The notes under the pieces: model-generated | What the model was told of the DNA's origin: nothing | Database searches by the model: none | The model's input: only the letters and a program-made list of their open reading frames with translations | Source: a virus | DNA length: 64,000 bases | Virus record (IMG/VR): IMGVR_UViG_3300023179_008905 | Coordinates: 1 to 64,000 of that record | Strand: one strand, 5' to 3' | Shown here: piece after piece, positions 59,216-64,000 of the stretch | Numbering within the stretch: the stretch's first letter is position 1 | Layout of the letters: each line of letters starts with the position of its first letter | Translations under genes and position numbers: made by a program

Positions 59216-62065
59216 ATGAAGTATCCAAAATACTATGGTCATTATCTAGGTATTGTAGTTCAAAATAATGATCCTGATAAAAGGGGCAGAGTTAAGGTGT
59301 TTGTACCACATATCTCTCCAACTGTTTATAAGAAATGGAATGAAGCTGTAAAAGACAAGAAATTTAAATTTATAGGTAAAAACGTAGGTAGCGATATAAC
59401 AGATGTAACGGATGATTTAAAGAAAATTCTACCATGGGCAGAAATTGCAGCACCGCTGGCAGGTGAAAGTAGTAGCGGTAGATTTAATGCTTATAAAAAT
59501 ATTGGAACAATTAGTGATTCGAGTAGCTTAAGCGGTTCTATTTCTAATACACAAAACAGCGAGATAGATGTTTCAAAATTAGATTATTTTTCTCCAAATC
59601 TTGACAACATAGGTGAAAAGCCAGGTAATATATTTGATATATCCTACTACAAGCTGAAAGATGCGTTCAGCGTTCCAGCAGAAACAAATGTTAATAATGC
59701 TAATAAATTTAGCTATAATTATACACCAGAATGCTATAGTAACTGCGCGCGTGGTTCTTTTCCTCTTTTAAACGTAGGTTCTCACGTGTGGGTATTTTTT
59801 CATAATGGTGATGCTCTTAAGCCTATTGTTTTTGCTGCAGCATTTGGTACCGAAGATTGGAAAAGTATTTCAAATATTCCTACTACTAATGCAATAGAAC
59901 TATCTGCAGCAAAAAGCCCGGGTGTAGATTACCCCGGTGCTTATGAAAATAGAAGCTCTGTTTCTAGTCAAGAATACGATATTAATGTTGAAACTTATAG
60001 GAATAAATATGTAATTAATCAAAAAGGCGGTACTATATCATTTGTAAATACTGATAATAGAGAAGCTTTAAAACTAACACATTATTCTGGTTCATTTAAA
60101 GAGTTTAATAATTTTACTAATACAGAATTAGCTACTAATAATGATCAAAAATTAGTTTTAAATGATCAATTTTTAACTGTAAGAGGTTCCAGAAACGAGT
60201 ATACACAACTGGATTACGATAACGTTACTAAAGGAGATGTGTATAGAAAAATAGGAGATTTAAATAGAAATTTACATTTACAATGGAAATCTATAGTTCA
60301 AGAAATAGCTGATGTAAAACAATTATTTGATATTCAAAGAGCAGAAAAAGCGGTTTCTGAAAATGGCATGCTCTTAACGTCACCGCTTCAAACACAAGCT
60401 TCTGGTGGGTTTGATAACTGCCCTGTGTGTAATAAAAATATAAACTCTTATTTTTCAGTTAATAATTCATATAGTAATAATTTTAATTTAAAGCTTTTTC
60501 CAAGTCTAGCTGATAGCGGTGGTAATTATATATTTGGTAATACGCTAACACCAGATGGTATAATGGGTAGCTTAGACTTTGTCGGCTCACTAGGCGCACC
60601 TCAATTTGGTCCCCCTACACAGGTTTTAGGTAATTCAGGTGATGGTTCTTCTGATCCTAATAAACCAGGAACTATATTTGGGGTTACTTGCCCTGCATGC
60701 GGTGGAACAGGAAAAAGCCCTAGTTCACTTGGTGGTAATTGGCCACCCGATCCTAAAAAACAAAATTTAAATAATTTAATTAAAAGTAAAATACAAGATC
60801 TTGCTAAAATAGAAAAAGATATGGGTCTAGGGGGTAGTGAGATTATAGAAATTACAAAACATAAAATAGAAACGATCGGCACAGTAATGAACGATTTTGG
60901 TAGCATAAGAGTAGATATGAAAGGTAAAATGTATATCTCAGATGTACAGGTGGGTAAATACGGAACATTTTATAATAGAAAACCTTCACCCCTCGTAGAG
61001 CTAGTACATGTAGATGATCTGCCTGGTGGTAATTATACTCTAAACGTTTGTAATAGATATAATGTAATGGTTGGAGCTGGAGGCTTAAATCTTAAATCTT
61101 ACGGACCAGTTAACATTAGTGGATCTCTTACTAACATTGCAGGCAAGCAAGTAAATATAGGTAGTGAACTAGAAACCAATATTGATGGTGGTCGTCGATT
61201 ATCTCTAGTTGCAGATATCATAAGCTTGAGGCAAAGAAACAAAGAGCAAGTAGTTGTAGAGGGGTCATTAGGAATTACAAATAATTTAATAGTAGCGGGC
61301 GGTCTGCACGTAGAAGGTGAGTTTACTGCTAACCACATTACTATGCCTACTGAAGTACAGGCTACGGAGGAGACAAATGTATTTGCTGCAGCTACAACAG
61401 ATGAGAGTAATATGAATGGTAAAATAATTGGATTTGCTGTTCCTCTATCAAATTATGCTACTGTTAAAAATGCTAAGGATAAATCATTTAAAGAAAACAC
61501 TAAAAAAGATACCGGAGCACCTTACTTAGGCTATACTGATGCATCAGTAGTCGCTGGTCGGCTTAAAAAAGATGAAAATATAGGTTATTTAAAATCTGGG
61601 CAAATTATAGGCTATATAAAGCAAACAGACATTGCATCTATAATTGCACCATCAACCGGTGGTGCGTGTTCCTCTACAGTAAACATTCCCATCTATTGCT
61701 CTACAAATATTGCAACAGATACAGATGTATCGGTAAAAGCATCTAGTACAGGTAGCTCTACCAACTCTAAGGACACGCCAGTATATGGATCAGGACCGGG
61801 TGGTAATGCAGATCTTGCAGGCGGTACAGTTAGAGGCAGTATTAAGGGTGCAGATACAGGCGCTGGTGGTAAAGATCCCATGCAAATGCCTATAGTCGTG
61901 TATGGTTCCGGTCGTGATAGAGATAGTATTTACGTAGAAAAACACTCGCACATGTTTAAAGGATTACCTTCTACTCTTACAAATACTAATGCACAGACTA
62001 GAGAAAAAATATCTGGCAAGCTAGCCCCACTAAATTCAGAAGTAGTTGCAAATTACAAGAAATAA
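59216..62065 (+). CDS. Baseplate hub/spike protein (gp5/VgrG OB-fold)
   Basis: YLGIVVQNNDPDKRGRVKVFVP, PWAE, GSHVWVFF..GD...P; beta-helix-like C-terminal part; HSH near the end. Confidence 0.75.
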   Translation: MKYPKYYGHYLGIVVQNNDPDKRGRVKVFVPHISPTVYKKWNEAVKDKKFKFIGKNVGSDITDVTDDLKKILPWAEIAAPLAGESSSGRFNAYKNIGTISDSSSLSGSISNTQNSEIDVSKLDYFSPNLDNIGEKPGNIFDISYYKLKDAFSVPAETNVNNANKFSYNYTPECYSNCARGSFPLLNVGSHVWVFFHNGDALKPIVFAAAFGTEDWKSISNIPTTNAIELSAAKSPGVDYPGAYENRSSVSSQEYDINVETYRNKYVINQKGGTISFVNTDNREALKLTHYSGSFKEFNNFTNTELATNNDQKLVLNDQFLTVRGSRNEYTQLDYDNVTKGDVYRKIGDLNRNLHLQWKSIVQEIADVKQLFDIQRAEKAVSENGMLLTSPLQTQASGGFDNCPVCNKNINSYFSVNNSYSNNFNLKLFPSLADSGGNYIFGNTLTPDGIMGSLDFVGSLGAPQFGPPTQVLGNSGDGSSDPNKPGTIFGVTCPACGGTGKSPSSLGGNWPPDPKKQNLNNLIKSKIQDLAKIEKDMGLGGSEIIEITKHKIETIGTVMNDFGSIRVDMKGKMYISDVQVGKYGTFYNRKPSPLVELVHVDDLPGGNYTLNVCNRYNVMVGAGGLNLKSYGPVNISGSLTNIAGKQVNIGSELETNIDGGRRLSLVADIISLRQRNKEQVVVEGSLGITNNLIVAGGLHVEGEFTANHITMPTEVQATEETNVFAAATTDESNMNGKIIGFAVPLSNYATVKNAKDKSFKENTKKDTGAPYLGYTDASVVAGRLKKDENIGYLKSGQIIGYIKQTDIASIIAPSTGGACSSTVNIPIYCSTNIATDTDVSVKASSTGSSTNSKDTPVYGSGPGGNADLAGGTVRGSIKGADTGAGGKDPMQMPIVVYGSGRDRDSIYVEKHSHMFKGLPSTLTNTNAQTREKISGKLAPLNSEVVANYKK

Positions 62066-62257
62066 TTATTTTTTGTTAAGCCAATCAGTTCTATGATGTG
62101 TAACCCAATCCATTAAGGCTCTCTCAAACCCCACATCATGTCCAGACCGCTCAGACATATACCATTTATTTCTTAAAATCTCTTCTCTTTCTTGAAGAAA
62201 TCTTTTATAAAGATCGGTATTTTTTAATTCTAAACTTGTAGATGACAGTGAATCCAT
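62066..62257 (-). CDS. Stand-alone DUF4032-like small protein
   Basis: EREEILRNKWYMSERSGHDVGFERALMDW; TAAATA upstream. Confidence 0.75.
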   Translation of the reverse strand: MDSLSSTSLELKNTDLYKRFLQEREEILRNKWYMSERSGHDVGFERALMDWVTHHRTDWLNKK

Positions 62258-62275
62258 TACTACAATATTTATTCT

Positions 62276-62339
62276 TACACTAGTAACCTTGCAATAAATT
62301 CAAGGTTCCCACCAACCCACCCCTAGTGTACGTCGTACA
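62276..62339 (-). other. Structured intergenic element: nested stems enclosing a G-tract run
   Basis: TACACTAG/CTAGTGTA outer stem, AACCTTG/CAAGGTT inner stem, and GGGGTGGGTTGGTGGG on the minus strand. Confidence 0.6.
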
Positions 62340-62360
62340 GTTGCTCCTTCTAAAATTTAT

Positions 62361-62588
62361 TTATTGTTGAGCGAGCTTATTTTTTAAATTATCAAATATA
62401 ATTTTTTTATCGTCTAATGCTTGAGCTTTAAGTACATCTATCATTCTTAAAACAACATCTAATCTAAGCATTTTTAAATAATCATATTTTATTTCTAAAC
62501 CGATACATGCAAGAAACCTTTCACAAATAAAAAATAAAACAGATAATTCTTCTTCAGTTAATTCTTTTAATGTATGGCTATAAATCAT
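62361..62588 (-). CDS. Hypothetical protein
   Basis: Start overlaps the 3' end of nrdB. Confidence 0.55.
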   Translation of the reverse strand: MIYSHTLKELTEEELSVLFFICERFLACIGLEIKYDYLKMLRLDVVLRMIDVLKAQALDDKKIIFDNLKNKLAQQ

Positions 62589-63649
62589 AGTTCAATATCT
62601 TCAAAAACACTTTCAGATATATTTGTATCTCTTGCACCTATCTTGTAAGTAGAGATTTCTGTCTCTTGTGGAGCAACCTGTACTTTGCTTGAATCAAGAT
62701 AACTATCTAACCATCCTGAAATTGGATTTTCTTTTTGATTAAATATCTTTTTATATCCTAAAGAACGCAACCGATTATCACACAACCATTTAGAATACCC
62801 TCCTAGAACTTCAGCGTTTAATCCTAGTAATGACCCTTTACTAAAAAGATATTGCGCCCATTCAATTTCATTTTTTGCGGCTTGCTCGTAGAATGCATAA
62901 ATTTTATCTTCACTTTTTTTAACAATAGATGCAAACCCTTCCTTATCTTCATCGCGTAAAATTTTTATTAAATTTTGTGTAATTGCAAAATGCTGAGCTT
63001 CATCACGTTGAATAAATTTTATAATCTTTGCATTACCTTCCATTTTACCGCGATATCCAAAATAAAAACTACAGGCAAAGCTTACATAAAATACTAACCC
63101 TTCCATAACATTTACGGATAAGATACAATCAAATATTTTTTGTTTTAAATCTTTCTTTGTATCGTCTCCTAAGATTTTATCAAAATTATTTCTAATTAAC
63201 TCTGCTCTACTTACAATATCTTTATCTTCCATTATACTATCAAAAAAATTAGATGCGTCCGGGTGTACATTATTTAAGAGGTAAGAATAACTATAACTAT
63301 GTATACCTTCAAACCGCTGCCATGTATTCATGCAAATCTCTAGTTCTGGGTTGCTCACATAATCTTTTAAAGAATGAATACTTCTAGATAGCATTGAATC
63401 TCCTAAAGTTTGAAATTTTAAGTTTGTATCAAATACAAACCGCTCTTCTCCTTTAAGCTCTCTATAATCTCCTCTATCTTTTTGAAGAGATATTTCATGA
63501 GGCCACCAAAAAAATTCTTCCTGTTTTTTAAACAATTCAAAGAACGTAGGGTATTTAAATTTATCGTATCTCTGTAAATTTAAATCTTCACCAAAAAAAA
63601 GAGGCTGTTTGGTGTGATCAATGTTTTTTATATTTAAAACAGACTTCAT
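62585..63649 (-). CDS. nrdB: Ribonucleotide reductase class Ia beta subunit
   Basis: FWWPHE, EGIHSYSY, EGLVFYVSF, RDEAQH, QVAPQETE. Confidence 0.96.
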   Translation of the reverse strand: MKSVLNIKNIDHTKQPLFFGEDLNLQRYDKFKYPTFFELFKKQEEFFWWPHEISLQKDRGDYRELKGEERFVFDTNLKFQTLGDSMLSRSIHSLKDYVSNPELEICMNTWQRFEGIHSYSYSYLLNNVHPDASNFFDSIMEDKDIVSRAELIRNNFDKILGDDTKKDLKQKIFDCILSVNVMEGLVFYVSFACSFYFGYRGKMEGNAKIIKFIQRDEAQHFAITQNLIKILRDEDKEGFASIVKKSEDKIYAFYEQAAKNEIEWAQYLFSKGSLLGLNAEVLGGYSKWLCDNRLRSLGYKKIFNQKENPISGWLDSYLDSSKVQVAPQETEISTYKIGARDTNISESVFEDIEL

Positions 63650-63661
63650 AAGGAGGTAATA

Positions 63662-64000
63662 TTATAGCTTACAAGCACCGCTAGAGCAATCATTATTCTC
63701 TTTTTGTGTTATAAGTTGTTCTTTATCGCCATCATCTGTATTATTATAGTATAAAGATATTAAACCTAGACTATAAGCATACATTATTTCTTTCATTACC
63801 TTGCTATCTGGTAATACATTATTTTCATAATGACTGTAATTATAATACAAATTCGTTGATATAGCCATGTCAATATATTTTTGTATAACGGCGTTTAAAT
63901 TTATGATTCCCGTATTATCCTTAAAATCAAACGCAAAATTGTAATGATTATCAAACTTACCTATACCCGGTACAAGTACGGGAAGTTTTCCCATCTTTGA
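63662..64000 (-). CDS. nrdA: Ribonucleotide reductase alpha subunit, C-terminal part (runs off the window)
   Basis: QKYIDMAISTN, SLYY, C-terminal CSSGACKL. Confidence 0.9.
   Translation of the reverse strand, partial: SKMGKLPVLVPGIGKFDNHYNFAFDFKDNTGIINLNAVIQKYIDMAISTNLYYNYSHYENNVLPDSKVMKEIMYAYSLGLISLYYNNTDDGDKEQLITQKENNDCSSGACKL

Noticed and set aside
1309-61881. Short antisense or off-frame ORFs in the track (e.g. 1309, 1806, 2931, 7725, 11566, 18997, 31799, 34747, 51218, 60601)
   Set aside because: They lie within well-supported genes and lack motifs and promoters; treated as shadow ORFs
1-64000. CRISPR array, tRNA/rRNA genes, integrase or IS elements
   Set aside because: No regularly spaced repeats, cloverleaf motifs or transposase/integrase motifs seen by eye; tRNAscan was not run
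1-64000. Stop-codon reassignment
   Set aside because: Core genes are full length in code 11, and TAA, TAG (e.g. 21654, 40599, 50359) and TGA all end genes sensibly

Overview
AT-rich (about 30% GC by eye), tightly packed fragment of a large T4-like myophage genome, read in the standard genetic code. It carries the T4 core for replication and recombination (gp43, UvsX/UvsY/UvsW, gp46/47, gp55, gp62, NrdAB) and head, neck and baseplate genes (gp15, gp20, gp13, gp4, gp21, gp22, gp23, gp5-like). Four accessory blocks stand out. (1) A dispersed 7-deazaguanine pathway (FolE, QueD, QueE, QueC, QueF) plus an operon of TGT/DpdA-like protein, PurN-like formyltransferase, GMP reductase, DUF1599, P-loop kinase and QueF. 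This predicts formyl-preQ1-type DNA modification, possibly made before replication. (2) A 14 kb sugar biosynthesis and glycosyltransferase cluster. (3) A block of late genes whose products begin with T4 internal-protein-like capsid-targeting leaders. (4) Dispersed fibre-like genes sharing an N-terminal anchor. The most unusual signals are three. An 88-aa ORF (11963-12229) is a stand-alone copy of the mature N-terminal arm of the major capsid protein. Promoters across the window point to leaderless transcription: TAAATA typically 5-7 nt before the start codon, or TTGnnn-16-TATAAT typically 5-7 nt before it. A stem-enclosed G-quadruplex-like element lies downstream of nrdAB (62276-62339). A stand-alone DUF4032-like gene hints at a Verrucomicrobia/PVC host. 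All protein calls come from motif recognition; no database searches were run.
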